A stretch of 64,000 nucleotides of DNA from Bacillus thermozeamaize (GTDB lineage Bacteria > Bacillota > Bacilli > ZCTH02-B2). The notes beneath the pieces were generated by a model. That model had not been told where the DNA came from. It saw only the letters and a program-made list of their open reading frames with translations, and ran no database searches. This document shows, in pieces, positions 20,035-31,746 of this stretch; within the stretch, counting starts at the first letter, position 1, and every line of letters begins with the position of its first letter. A program made the position numbers and the translations under genes. The DNA lies in NCBI GenBank assembly GCA_002159075.1, contig LZRT01000060.1, positions 3,475 to 67,474 on the forward strand, in the 5' to 3' direction.

Positions 20035-20434
20035 CCGGAAATGCAAAAATTCTTGTTGCTTTTTATGGACAGACATGGTAAATTAGGGGACGAATTACCA
20101 TAAAACATAGTGTTTTGATATGAAAAATCATATATCTTTATTTAACCTCAATTTCTGGGGAAACCGCATCCTGTCATGTAACCGCATCCTGTTATGCGAT
20201 GTTTAATGAATATACAAATATTGTATATCATGAAAACAATTCCGTTTAACAAATAGATAACAGGAGATCCATATGCGGAGACATGTTTTGCAAAAAAGTG
20301 AAGACATGTCTTGCAAAAAACTGCAGAAAGAGATTTTGTAACCCTTTTCTTGGATTGGCATGAAAGTTGCTTAAATTTCCATTTAAAAATTTTGTCAAAG
20401 TTTGACGTAAATTCGAGGGTGGTGACGTGTACTG

Positions 20435-21310
20435 ATGGATTTTAGCATTTGGCTCTCCCATTTTTTCAATGCGCTCACGCTTGGTTTCCTGTTGGCCTTG
20501 ATCACTTCAGGGCTGACGCTCAGCTTCAGCTTTTTAAACGTGATCAATTTTGCCCATGGCGCGATGTACATGTTGGCCGCGTACTTAGGTTACCAGTTTT
20601 ATCAGGCCACAGGGCAGTTTTGGCTCGCCTTGCTCGTCATCCCCATTGTCATGGGGCTGATCAGCATGCCGCTGCAGCACTTTGTCCTGCGGCGTTTGGC
20701 CCCGGTATCGCCCATTTATGTCATTTTGTTTACCTTTGGCCTTGCGCTTGTTGTCGAAAATGTGACGCGGATCATCTGGGGACCCAATATCATCAGCGTT
20801 TCCCCGCCGCCGCTGTTGTCAGGAAGCATCGATTTGTTCGGGGCGCCCTTTCCCGTTTACCGGTTGTTCATTATCGTTTTTAGCGCCCTTGTTCTCTTGA
20901 GCGTGTATTTCATTCTGCACCGGATGCCGGTTGGCATTATCGTCCGCGCGGGGACGGAAGATCAGGAGATGGCCGCCGCCCTGGGTGTAAACATTCACTT
21001 GGTTGGCGTCGGTGTGTTTGGATTCGGCACATTTCTCGCCGGGTTGGCCGGCGTCATCGCGGCTCCGTACACGGCCCTGAGTCCGCATATGGGCGTAAGC
21101 ATTATTGTCATGGCCTTCCTCGTGATGGTGATCGGCGGCATGACCAGCTTTGCAGGCACTGTCCTGTCAGGTTTGCTCGTCGGATTTGTGCAGGTTTTCG
21201 GCGGCATCTATTTTTCGGATTTGGCGACCGCTTTTGCATTAATCCTGATGATCATCGTGATCTTGACGAACCAGAAGGGATTAAGCGCCCTGTTTGAAAA
21301 AGCCCGATGA
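20435..21310 (+). CDS. livH: Branched-chain amino acid ABC transporter permease (LivH-type)
   Basis: 291-aa polytopic permease, first gene of a five-gene liv-type operon. Confidence 0.85.
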   Translation: MDFSIWLSHFFNALTLGFLLALITSGLTLSFSFLNVINFAHGAMYMLAAYLGYQFYQATGQFWLALLVIPIVMGLISMPLQHFVLRRLAPVSPIYVILFTFGLALVVENVTRIIWGPNIISVSPPPLLSGSIDLFGAPFPVYRLFIIVFSALVLLSVYFILHRMPVGIIVRAGTEDQEMAAALGVNIHLVGVGVFGFGTFLAGLAGVIAAPYTALSPHMGVSIIVMAFLVMVIGGMTSFAGTVLSGLLVGFVQVFGGIYFSDLATAFALILMIIVILTNQKGLSALFEKAR

Positions 21311-21363
21311 CGGCAAGCAGGGAGGCGGTTGATGCGGAAGTACACGGCTAAAGGAGGATCACC

Positions 21364-22374
21364 TTGTCCAACGCACCTGTTGACATCGAGCAAAAAAAGA
21401 ATCCGCCCCTCGCCGGCAGACGCACGCAGATCAACGCGGGACAGCGGCGAATCGATTGGGCCGTTTACGCCGGCTGGGCATTGTTGTTCATTTTGGCGCT
21501 GACCACATTTACCCCCTTTTACCAGCGGTTTTTTATCGAAATGATGATCTTTGCCATTTTGGCGATGAGCATGGATTTAACGCTTGGGTTTACAGGCCTT
21601 TTAAATTTGTCGCATGCCCTTTTTTTCGGCTTCAACATTTACGTGTTGGCCATTTTGCTCACGAATTTTGAATGGCCTCTGCTGCTGGCTGTGCTTGCAG
21701 CGCTGCTCTTGACCCTGTTGCTGGCATTGATCATCGGTTATTTGAGCAGCCGCCTGCACGGCATACAGTTTGCCATGGTCACGCTTGCTTTTGTGGAATT
21801 GATTTACATTTTCGTCATGAAATGGCGAAATATGACAGGCGGTTCAGACGGGAAGCGCATCGCGCGGGAAGCTGCCGAGTTTTCGTTGGGCGGGCTCCAA
21901 ATCAATATGAGCGATACGCTGCCGCTCCTTTTCTTCGTCAGCGCGTTGTTTCTGGCAAGTTATTATGCGCTGCGCCGCATCGTCAATTCCGCTTTCGGAA
22001 ATGCCCTGGTGGCGGTCAGGGAAAATGAAGAACGGGCGAAATTTCTCGGTTACAACATCTTTCGCCTCAAATTGCAAGCCTTTGTGGTCAGCTCGCTGTT
22101 TAGCGCGCTCGCCGGGGTCGGTTACGCGTTTTTAAAGATGTACATCTCACCCGAATATGTCTCGTGGACACTCTCGGGTGATGTCTTGATTATGACGCTC
22201 TTGGGCGGGGCAGGAACACTCGTCGGCCCGATCGTCGGAGCGATGGGATTGGTCTGGTTTAAAGATTGGGTGAGTTCCTACACCGAGCACTGGATGCTCA
22301 TCGTCGGTCTGTTGTTCATGCTTGTCGTTACCTTTATGCCGAAGGGGGTGCTCGGATGGCTGTTCAGGAAATAA
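21364..22374 (+). CDS. livM: Branched-chain amino acid ABC transporter permease (LivM-type)
   Basis: Polytopic permease. TTG start has an AAAGGAGGA RBS. Confidence 0.82.
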   Translation: MSNAPVDIEQKKNPPLAGRRTQINAGQRRIDWAVYAGWALLFILALTTFTPFYQRFFIEMMIFAILAMSMDLTLGFTGLLNLSHALFFGFNIYVLAILLTNFEWPLLLAVLAALLLTLLLALIIGYLSSRLHGIQFAMVTLAFVELIYIFVMKWRNMTGGSDGKRIAREAAEFSLGGLQINMSDTLPLLFFVSALFLASYYALRRIVNSAFGNALVAVRENEERAKFLGYNIFRLKLQAFVVSSLFSALAGVGYAFLKMYISPEYVSWTLSGDVLIMTLLGGAGTLVGPIVGAMGLVWFKDWVSSYTEHWMLIVGLLFMLVVTFMPKGVLGWLFRK

Positions 22375-23144
22375 GCGCGTCCCAGCTTTTAAAAGTCACG
22401 GATCTGGCGTTTGCCTATCGAAAAATACGCGTCATTGAGGGGATCGATTTTCACTTAAACCGCGGGGAAATTTGTTCCGTGATCGGGCCGAATGGCGCGG
22501 GGAAAACCACCTTTCTCAACCTGCTGAGCGGCAAACTGGTGCCCAATCGGGGAGAGATCGTCTATCGCAACCGTTCCATCACGCGCCTGTCGCCGGAAGC
22601 GCGCCGCCATTTAGGATTGGCCCGTTCCTTTCAAATCACCAACATTTTTCTGCATAAAACGGTTTATGAAAATGTCCGCTTTGCTGTACAAGGGTTGCAT
22701 AAGAAGCGCTACGCGATGTGGAGACCGATCGATGATTATCGTGATATCGAAAAGGAAACGGAAGAATTGATCCATCTCATGAATTTGCAGGCGTTGAAAA
22801 ACGCCCGCTGCCTCGATCTCGCGTATGCCGAACAGCGTCTTGTGGAACTTGCGCTCACGCTGGCAGGCGGCGCGGAAGTGCTGTTGCTTGATGAGCCAAC
22901 GGCCGGTCTTTCTCTCGAAGAGAGCCGTTATGTTGCCGCGCTGATTCGGCGGCTTGTCGACGAGCGGGGTGTGAGCATCGTGTTCATTGAGCACGATATG
23001 GACATTGTCTTTTCGATTTCGGATCGCATTGCCGTGATGTACTACGGCAAGCTCCTCGTCACGGATACGCCGGAACGCGTCAGACAGAATGAACAGGTGC
23101 AAAAAATATACCTCGGAGAAATGGGCGGTGAATCAGTTCAGTGA
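22356..23144 (+). CDS. livG: ABC transporter ATP-binding protein (LivG-type)
   Basis: ATG at 22356 (MAVQEISASQLLKV). Walker A GPNGAGKTT, Walker B LLLDEPTAGL. Overlaps the end of livM. Confidence 0.85.
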   Translation: MAVQEISASQLLKVTDLAFAYRKIRVIEGIDFHLNRGEICSVIGPNGAGKTTFLNLLSGKLVPNRGEIVYRNRSITRLSPEARRHLGLARSFQITNIFLHKTVYENVRFAVQGLHKKRYAMWRPIDDYRDIEKETEELIHLMNLQALKNARCLDLAYAEQRLVELALTLAGGAEVLLLDEPTAGLSLEESRYVAALIRRLVDERGVSIVFIEHDMDIVFSISDRIAVMYYGKLLVTDTPERVRQNEQVQKIYLGEMGGESVQ

Positions 23145-23857
23145 ATAAGATCCTTGAGCTTGACGACGTGCACGCGTTTTACGGAGAGGCGCACGTCCTG
23201 CACGGGGTTTCTCTCGTTGTTCAACCTGGACAAGTCGTATGTCTCATCGGCAGAAACGGGATGGGCAAGTCAACGACCCTGAAAGCGATCATGGGTTTGG
23301 TTCATGTCAGAAAAGGGGGGATTTATTATCGGGGAGAAGCGATTACCAACTGGGAGCCGTACAAAGTATTCAAGAAAGCGATCGGCTACATCCCGGAAGA
23401 TCGCCGCATTTTTGCAAGCTTGACGGTGAGAGAGAACTTGTTGTTGGGGGCCTATTATGCGCCGAAAAAGAAAAAACGGTGGACGATCGAGGAGGTGTTC
23501 AAACTATTTCCGGTTCTCAAGGAAAAACAGGACCGAAGCGGCGCGATGCTGAGCGGCGGCGAACAACAAATGCTGGCGATTGCCCGGAGCTTGATGAGCG
23601 ATCCGGAATTGTTGCTTATCGACGAACCGTGCGAAGGCCTGGCGCCGATTATCGTGCAGGAATTGGGCGCAGCGATCAAGCGGCTGTATGAAGAAGGGCT
23701 GCCGATCCTCTTGGTCGAACAAAGCCTCAAGCTGTCGAAAGAGCTGGGTGACTACTACTATGTGTTGAGCAAAGGCCAGGTGGTGTTTTCCGGCGATCGC
23801 CAAGCGTTGTTCGGCGACGGTGACGTGATCAGCAAATATTTGGGCGTAAATGTTTGA
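23141..23857 (+). CDS. livF: ABC transporter ATP-binding protein (LivF-type)
   Basis: Walker A GRNGMGKST, signature LSGGEQQM, Walker B LLLIDEPCEGL. 4-nt overlap with livG. Confidence 0.85.
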   Translation: MNKILELDDVHAFYGEAHVLHGVSLVVQPGQVVCLIGRNGMGKSTTLKAIMGLVHVRKGGIYYRGEAITNWEPYKVFKKAIGYIPEDRRIFASLTVRENLLLGAYYAPKKKKRWTIEEVFKLFPVLKEKQDRSGAMLSGGEQQMLAIARSLMSDPELLLIDEPCEGLAPIIVQELGAAIKRLYEEGLPILLVEQSLKLSKELGDYYYVLSKGQVVFSGDRQALFGDGDVISKYLGVNV

Positions 23858-23892
23858 ATAAAATAAAAAATATGTTTTTAGGGGGATGAGGT

Positions 23893-25125
23893 ATGCGGTT
23901 TTTTCATCGGCGGGGTTGGCTCGTTTCATTGGTCGTTGTCATGGCGTTATTGTTGGCTGGATGCGGTGGATCGACTTCCACGGGCGGGCAGGCGAATGAT
24001 GCGGATAAAGGCAGCGGTGACACGCTGAAGGTTGGTTTTCTTGGCGACTTGAGCGGGCCGTATGCGGATATGGGAAAAGAAAGCCTGGATGCGATTCAAA
24101 CCGCGGTCAACGAGATCAATGAACAAGGCGGACTGCTGGGCAAAAAGGTGGAACTCGTCTACGAAGACGACGAGTTAAAACCGGACATTGCGCTTCGCAA
24201 AGCGGAAAAAATGGTCTTGGATCAAGGGGTGAAGTTTCTCTTTGGCAATACCAGCAGCGCGGCTGCGTTGGCATTGGAAGAGAAGTTGCCGCAATGGGGC
24301 GTGCTGATGTTCGGCTATGTGACCAAATCGGTCAAGGTGACGGCGCCGGAGGTGAATGAAAACTTTTTCCGTGCTTGCCACAACGACGATCAAGACAAGG
24401 CGGCGATTGAAGACTACCTTAAAAGAGGCGGGGTCAAGTATCAGAACTATTACTTGGTCGGAGCCGACTATGAATGGGGTCACGACATGGTCGAACAGTT
24501 GGAAAACATCGTGAAGAACCTCAACGGCAACATCGTCGGCAAAGAATTTACACCGCTTGGTTCGACGGAGTTCGGTACGGTCATTACCAACATCCGCAGC
24601 AAAAAGCCTGATGTTGTCCTGGCGGCGCTGGGCGGCACCGATCAAGTGAATTTTCTCAAACAAGTGGAGAGTTTCGGTCTGATGAAAGACGGTATCGACG
24701 TCATTGTCACACCGCTGATGAACATTTCTTTGAAAGCCGAGGTCGCCGGTGTGCGGGGACCGCTCAATTACCACTATTCGATTGACACTCCCTTGAACAA
24801 AAATTTTGTCGAACGGTTTGAGAAGGAACACGGATATAAGCCGCCTAATTTCGGAGGCGAGGCATATAACGCGGCCCTCATGTTGTTCGAAGCGATCAAA
24901 AAGAGCCAGTCCACCGACGTGGAGACGCTGAAGAAAACGTTGGAAGACAATTTTGAATTCGAAACCAACTTGGGCCGCCTAAAAATCGATCCGGAAACGC
25001 ATCAGCTCATGCACCCGAATTATATCTTCGAAACCGTGAAAGATCCGGCAACAGGGAAGATGGACTTGAAACTGGTCCATACCACTCCGATTGAGGTGGC
25101 AAACGCCGTTTATTTAAATAAATAA
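23893..25125 (+). CDS. ABC transporter substrate-binding lipoprotein (branched-chain amino acid type, periplasmic binding protein type I)
   Basis: Lipobox LLAGCGG followed by a Leu/Ile/Val-binding-protein-like sequence. Last gene of the liv operon. Confidence 0.85.
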   Translation: MRFFHRRGWLVSLVVVMALLLAGCGGSTSTGGQANDADKGSGDTLKVGFLGDLSGPYADMGKESLDAIQTAVNEINEQGGLLGKKVELVYEDDELKPDIALRKAEKMVLDQGVKFLFGNTSSAAALALEEKLPQWGVLMFGYVTKSVKVTAPEVNENFFRACHNDDQDKAAIEDYLKRGGVKYQNYYLVGADYEWGHDMVEQLENIVKNLNGNIVGKEFTPLGSTEFGTVITNIRSKKPDVVLAALGGTDQVNFLKQVESFGLMKDGIDVIVTPLMNISLKAEVAGVRGPLNYHYSIDTPLNKNFVERFEKEHGYKPPNFGGEAYNAALMLFEAIKKSQSTDVETLKKTLEDNFEFETNLGRLKIDPETHQLMHPNYIFETVKDPATGKMDLKLVHTTPIEVANAVYLNK

Positions 25126-25161
25126 TGCATGCATGCATGTACACATGCATGCACATCTGGA

Positions 25162-25197
25162 CTGCCCCGGTTGCGGGGCAGTTTTTTTCTTTTTTTG
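25162..25197 (+). terminator. Rho-independent terminator of the liv operon
   Basis: CTGCCCCG-gttg-CGGGGCAG followed by TTTTTTTCTTTTTTT. Confidence 0.9.
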
Positions 25198-25271
25198 CCA
25201 GGAAAGTCAGGAAACTGATACAATAGAGGAAGCCGTCCGTATGACGATCTGATGGGAAAGGGGGCGTTGCG

Positions 25272-26162
25272 GTGAAAGTACGAAAAGCGATCATTCCCGC
25301 GGCGGGTCTGGGGACGCGCTTTCTGCCGGCGACCAAGGCGATGCCGAAAGAGATGCTGCCCATTGTGGACAAGCCGACGATTCAATATATCGTGGAGGAG
25401 GCGGTGGCCTCCGGAATCGAGGATATCATCATCGTGACGGGAAAGGGAAAAAGAGCGATCGAGGATCACTTCGATACCTCTTTTGAGCTGGAGTATCACT
25501 TGCGGCAGAAGGGGAAGCTGGACCTGCTGGAGGAAGTGAGGCGGCCTTCACAGGTGGAGATTCACTATATCCGCCAGAAGGAGCCGTTGGGGCTGGGCCA
25601 TGCGGTGTGGTGCGCGCGGAAGTTTATCGGCGATGAGCCGTTCGCGGTGCTTTTGGGAGATGACATCGTTCAGGCGGAGGTGCCCGCCCTGAAGCAGATG
25701 ATCGAGCAGTTCAACCGTTACCGGGCTTCGGTGATCGGCGTGCAACCGGTGCGCGAGGATGAGGTGGAACGCTACGGCATCGTGGAGGCGCAGAAGATCG
25801 ATGAAGCTTTTTACCGGGTTCTTCACCTGGTGGAGAAACCGAAGCGGGACGAGGCGCCGTCTAACCTGGCCATTATGGGCAGGTATATCCTGACGCCGCG
25901 GATTTTTGACTTGCTGGAGAAGCAGCAGGCGGGCAGCGGTGGAGAAATCCAGCTCACGGACGCCATTTCCGCGTTGAACAAGGTGGAAGCGGTGTATGCG
26001 TACCAGTTCGTCGGAACCCGTTACGATGTCGGGGAGAAGCTGGGGTATATCCAGACGATGATCGAACTGGCCCTGCAACGGGAGGAACTGCGCGCCGAGC
26101 TGTTGGATTATCTCCACAGATTGCTGGAGAAGGAAAAAGCGGCCAACCGTCCGCTGCGGTAG
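25272..26162 (+). CDS. galU: UTP--glucose-1-phosphate uridylyltransferase
   Basis: [39 protein letters not shown] is the canonical GalU/GtaB N-terminus. GTG start. Confidence 0.93.
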   Translation: MKVRKAIIPAAGLGTRFLPATKAMPKEMLPIVDKPTIQYIVEEAVASGIEDIIIVTGKGKRAIEDHFDTSFELEYHLRQKGKLDLLEEVRRPSQVEIHYIRQKEPLGLGHAVWCARKFIGDEPFAVLLGDDIVQAEVPALKQMIEQFNRYRASVIGVQPVREDEVERYGIVEAQKIDEAFYRVLHLVEKPKRDEAPSNLAIMGRYILTPRIFDLLEKQQAGSGGEIQLTDAISALNKVEAVYAYQFVGTRYDVGEKLGYIQTMIELALQREELRAELLDYLHRLLEKEKAANRPLR

Positions 26163-26237
26163 AGACGCAAGCTCCGGTGCAAGGGAGCCTGTCCGATGGG
26201 TTGGCAGTGAGCCTGTCCCCACGGCCTGGAGGCGAGC

Positions 26238-27164
26238 CTATCGGTGGCTTGTGGAATGAACCGGTTGCTCCGCGAGCATGTAGATGCCTTCCTCTTCCCG
26301 GACCAGTCCCTGCTCCACCAGCCGCTCCAAGTGGTGTTTGATCATGAACATGTCAAAGAGGCGGTTCAGGGCAACGGGCGGGGCGTGCTTGCGGAAGATG
26401 GGCCTGCCTTCCATCACCTCTTCCAGCGTGCAAGGCTTCTCGCGCAGGATGTTCAGGATGCGTTCGTCCCGTTTGGCAATTTTGCCGGTGTAGTTGTCCA
26501 ATAGCTGGTCAAGGTCTTCCCGGTAAATCTGGGGCATGTGGCTTGTGATCAGGACAGCGGGCCGAATGGCACGGATCTTTTCAATATCTTCAACAAAGCG
26601 GACGATGCTGGAGTGGGGATTTCCATACCAAGGTCCGAACGGGGTCATGTCCACGTCCGTGGAAAAGAGAATGCCGTTTTTTTCCTCATAAAGCATGATG
26701 TGATCACAGGCGTGGCCGGGAGCGTGAATGACGCGCAGTTTGGTCTTGCCGAAGTCCAGCACGTCTCCGTCCTGAATGGTGTGATGGACCTGCAGATTGG
26801 CGCTGAACCGCCCGCTTGCGATCAGCTCCTGCTGCGATTCGGGATCAAGAAGATGAATGCCCGTGTATTCCGAAACCTTTTCCGGATTCCGGAAGACTTC
26901 GGCGCTATAAGCAGGCACCCAGAGTTGCGCCTGTTCCGCGAACAAGTGATTCAGAATCGTGTGATCCTTATGAAAATGCGTGTTGATCACGATCTCCGTT
27001 TTTCCTTGATATTCCGCCACTTCACTGGCGCCCGTGTCAATGATGACGGCCACTTCACCGTCAATCCGGAGGCTGTTGCAGGCCGGCAAATTCCCAAAAA
27101 GCGGATGATGGCCGAAAATGACGCTCATTTCATCCGTCAAGCGAAGTATGTTCACGCAGGTCAC
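26238..27164 (-). CDS. MBL-fold metallo-hydrolase
   Basis: HxHxDH motif (THFHKDHT) and a downstream His (HAPGHACDH). Confidence 0.8.
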   Translation of the reverse strand: MTCVNILRLTDEMSVIFGHHPLFGNLPACNSLRIDGEVAVIIDTGASEVAEYQGKTEIVINTHFHKDHTILNHLFAEQAQLWVPAYSAEVFRNPEKVSEYTGIHLLDPESQQELIASGRFSANLQVHHTIQDGDVLDFGKTKLRVIHAPGHACDHIMLYEEKNGILFSTDVDMTPFGPWYGNPHSSIVRFVEDIEKIRAIRPAVLITSHMPQIYREDLDQLLDNYTGKIAKRDERILNILREKPCTLEEVMEGRPIFRKHAPPVALNRLFDMFMIKHHLERLVEQGLVREEEGIYMLAEQPVHSTSHR

Positions 27165-27385
27165 CTCTTTGGATTTTGTGCTTGAAAAATCTGTACGACA
27201 ACAGATTATACCAAATTTGAAGAGTGGATAGATAGGAATCTGAGTGAAAATATCGTATTCTTTTTAAAACGGCGCCTGTCATGCGGACAGATGAGGCCAT
27301 AGAAGGCTATAGATGAGATGGATGTGGCTGTAGATGAGATGATAGATGAGATTTTTCAACGAGATTTTAATATGAGGTGACAGCC

Positions 27386-28138
27386 ATGCGATTGAAGGAA
27401 AAAGTGTGCTTGATCACCAACGCGGGTGACTACATGGGTCCCGCCACGGTGAAGGAATTTCAGCGGGAAGGAGCCATTCTCTATGTTCATGGAAAGGATG
27501 GCGGGAAGGTCAGGGAGATGCTGGAACGGTTTGAAGTGGATCTCTCCGCGATATCCTTGTTGGAGGCCGATATTGGAAGTCCGGACGGGGCGCAAAAGAT
27601 TGCGGAAAAAGTGAGCGGGGAGAAGGGGAGAATTGACGTTCTGGTGAACGTCAACAGCCATCCCCCCGGCGGGTCACTGGTCCATGAAACAGAGGAGGCG
27701 TTCTGGCGGTCCATGTTTCACCGGCTGGTGGATGAGCTGTTTTTCATGTGCAAGGCGGTCTTGCCGTTTATGATCGAAGCCCGCAGAGGGAAAATCGTCA
27801 ATTTTACCTCGTCGGCCGGTGTCCGGGGGATGCCCAAATACGCGACCTATTCGGCCGCGCGGTTTGCGGCGAACGGCTTCACGCAGGCCTTGGGACGGGA
27901 GGTGGCCCGGTACAACATCCAGGTCAACGCGATTGCCCAGAATTATGTGGAGAATCCGCAATACTATCCGGATGAGCTGATCGCAAATCCCGAGATTTTG
28001 GCCAAGATTCAGCAAAAAATCCCCCTTGGCCGTCTGGCCAAGGGGTGGGAGTCGGCCCGGCTGGCGGTATTTCTGGCCTCGGAGGAAAGCGATTTTCTCT
28101 GTGGGGAAGTGATCCGTTTTACGGGAGGCGGAGACTGA
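27386..28138 (+). CDS. Short-chain dehydrogenase/reductase family protein
   Basis: Rossmann N-terminus KVCLITNAGDYMGPA. The active-site region reads YSAAR where YxxxK is expected. ATG at 27386 is preceded by GAGGTGA. The ORF track starts at GTG 27377. Confidence 0.75.
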   Translation: MRLKEKVCLITNAGDYMGPATVKEFQREGAILYVHGKDGGKVREMLERFEVDLSAISLLEADIGSPDGAQKIAEKVSGEKGRIDVLVNVNSHPPGGSLVHETEEAFWRSMFHRLVDELFFMCKAVLPFMIEARRGKIVNFTSSAGVRGMPKYATYSAARFAANGFTQALGREVARYNIQVNAIAQNYVENPQYYPDELIANPEILAKIQQKIPLGRLAKGWESARLAVFLASEESDFLCGEVIRFTGGGD

Positions 28139-28205
28139 GATCCGCCTGATGTCCGCCGCGCCGGAAAGCCGGATGTCACCTTCCATGCCTTCAATTTATC
28201 ATCCT

Positions 28206-29165
28206 TCAATTTATTATAATGAAGCCTTCCAGTAAAATGCCGGCCATCAGCAAGATGCCGTATTGGGTGTGCAGCTGGGCGGTCGATTTCATGGCCGGCA
28301 TCATTTCCGCCGGCTTGGTCTTGCCGCGAAAGCGGCGAATGGCCTGAACCGCTTTCGGCAGGCTGAGCAGGACCAGCAAAAACCAGTATGAAGCGATGAT
28401 CAGTGCGTACACGATGGTCCACAGATACGCCGCGGCAAACATTCCGGCGAGAAGCTGGATCGCTTTCGGGCGTCCGAGCCGGATGGCCAGCGTTTTGCGC
28501 CCGCGCTCCCGGTCGCTGTCCAAGTCACGGATATTGTTGGACAGAAGGATGGCCCCCACCAGGATGGCTACCGGTATGGAAGTCAGAACGACATCGCGGC
28601 TCAGGGTGCCCGCCTGAATGTAGTAGGAGATGAGCACGATCACTGGGCCCATAAAAAATCCCGAGGCCAGTTCGCCAAACGGGGTATAGGCCAGCGGGTA
28701 AGGCCCGCCGGTATAAAAGTATCCGACCGCCATGCTCACCAGGCCGACGACGGCAATCCACCAGCTGCTGTTGGCGCAGATGTAAAGGCCCAGCAGGATG
28801 GCGATGAAAAAGAAGAGGATGGCCAGACACAGCACGGTCTTGGGGGAGATCCCGTCACGCACGATGGCCCCGCCGATCCCCACCGATTCCGGGGTATCCA
28901 GTCCCCTTTTGTAATCGTAGTACTCATTGAACAGGTTCGTCGCCGCCTGGATCAGAAGGGAAGCCGCCAGCATGGCGAAAAAGAGCGGCAGATGGATCGC
29001 GGTGTGACTCATCGCCATCGCCGTGCCGATGAGCACCGGGATCACCGAGGCGGTCAGGGTATGGGGGCGCATTTGACGCCACCAGACGCGCCAGTCGGGC
29101 AGCGGAGGAAGGGTTGAAGCGGGGATGATTGGTTTTTCCGGGTTCAATGCGCATCCCCCTTTCAT
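28206..29165 (-). CDS. menA: 1,4-dihydroxy-2-naphthoate polyprenyltransferase (UbiA family)
   Basis: UbiA-type motif NLFNEYYDYKRGLD and a second Asp-rich motif NNIRDLDSD. About 9 TM segments. An alternative TTG start lies at 29147. Confidence 0.85.
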   Translation of the reverse strand: MKGGCALNPEKPIIPASTLPPLPDWRVWWRQMRPHTLTASVIPVLIGTAMAMSHTAIHLPLFFAMLAASLLIQAATNLFNEYYDYKRGLDTPESVGIGGAIVRDGISPKTVLCLAILFFFIAILLGLYICANSSWWIAVVGLVSMAVGYFYTGGPYPLAYTPFGELASGFFMGPVIVLISYYIQAGTLSRDVVLTSIPVAILVGAILLSNNIRDLDSDRERGRKTLAIRLGRPKAIQLLAGMFAAAYLWTIVYALIIASYWFLLVLLSLPKAVQAIRRFRGKTKPAEMMPAMKSTAQLHTQYGILLMAGILLEGFIIIN

Positions 29166-29234
29166 GATGTGTTCGGATGTTGTTCCGTACGGTGGGGATC
29201 AAGGACATGCCGTATTGTTTCAGATGATACAAAT

Positions 29235-30995
<1,761 letters not shown>

Positions 30996-31059
30996 GGAGT
31001 CTATGCGATATTTGACGATACTTGCGGCAACCTGATCATGCTCGCCCAGGTGAACGCAT

Positions 31060-31123
31060 GACGGCGCCAAAACAAGACGGCACCAATACCAGACGGTGCC
31101 AAAACAGGATGGTGCGGATACCG
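31060..31123. repeat. Four tandem degenerate 16-nt repeats
   Basis: GACGGCGCCAAAACAA / GACGGCACCAATACCA / GACGGTGCCAAAACAG / GATGGTGCGGATACCG, head-to-tail with exact 16-nt phasing. Confidence 0.8.
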
Positions 31124-31124
31124 A

Positions 31125-31168
31125 AAACCCGGTACCCTGTACGCTAGGGTTCCGGGTTTGATATTTTT
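31125..31168 (+). terminator. Hairpin terminator between convergent genes
   Basis: AAACCCGGTACCCT...AGGGTTCCGGGTTT forms an extended stem followed by GATATTTTT. Confidence 0.6.
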
Positions 31169-31299
31169 GCTCGTGGCAGGGACAACCCGGACGAGCCGCA
31201 ATGGCCGGATTGCCCCATTCCAATATCCGTTGCACGTGCATATCCGTGGCAAGTGCGGATTTCACAGCGTTGCCGGTTCTGGGCCTGCCAGGTTCCGCC

Positions 31300-31746
31300 T
31301 CACTGAAGCGCGAGTGTCGGGGCCAGCACGTCGAGCATCTTGGTCCAGGCAGCCTCTGTGCGGTCCGCGTAGTCCGCCCAGTCCGGGTGCAATTGGTGGG
31401 TCAAGGTCAGCTCACATCCGTTCTCCAGCGGCACAATGTCAATGATCACGCGGGAACTTCCTTCTTCGTCCGCCACTCCCCAGGTGAACGCGAGGCGGCG
31501 CGGCCGGTCGATTTCCAGATATTCTCCGACGTGGTCAATTTCTTGACCTTGCCGACGGACAACGAAAGAGAACGATCCTCCCACGCGTGGGTCGAGGGAA
31601 ATGCGCACCACTTCTTCCTCGCGGAGAGCAGGGCCGAACATCCATTTGCCGATCATGGCAGGGTCCAGCCAAGCGTCAAAAACTTGCTCCGGCGATGCAG
31701 GATAGCGACGGGTGACGCGAACTTTTACAAAGGATTCAGCGTTCAT
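31300..31746 (-). CDS. SRPBCC-domain protein (AHSA1/START-like)
   Basis: VRVTRRYPASPEQVFDAWLDP...GGSFSFV...LAFTW...TLTH pattern of the Aha1/SRPBCC family. ATG at 31746 has an AAAGGA RBS 8 nt upstream. The ORF track extends to 31911. Confidence 0.75.
   Translation of the reverse strand: MNAESFVKVRVTRRYPASPEQVFDAWLDPAMIGKWMFGPALREEEVVRISLDPRVGGSFSFVVRRQGQEIDHVGEYLEIDRPRRLAFTWGVADEEGSSRVIIDIVPLENGCELTLTHQLHPDWADYADRTEAAWTKMLDVLAPTLALQ

Noticed and set aside
20395-20434. T-box-like sequence GAGGGTGGTGACGTG upstream of livH
   Set aside because: It resembles AGGGTGGNACCGCG only partly. It sits 10 nt from the start codon with no specifier stem or terminator/antiterminator architecture. It is simply the ribosome-binding site.
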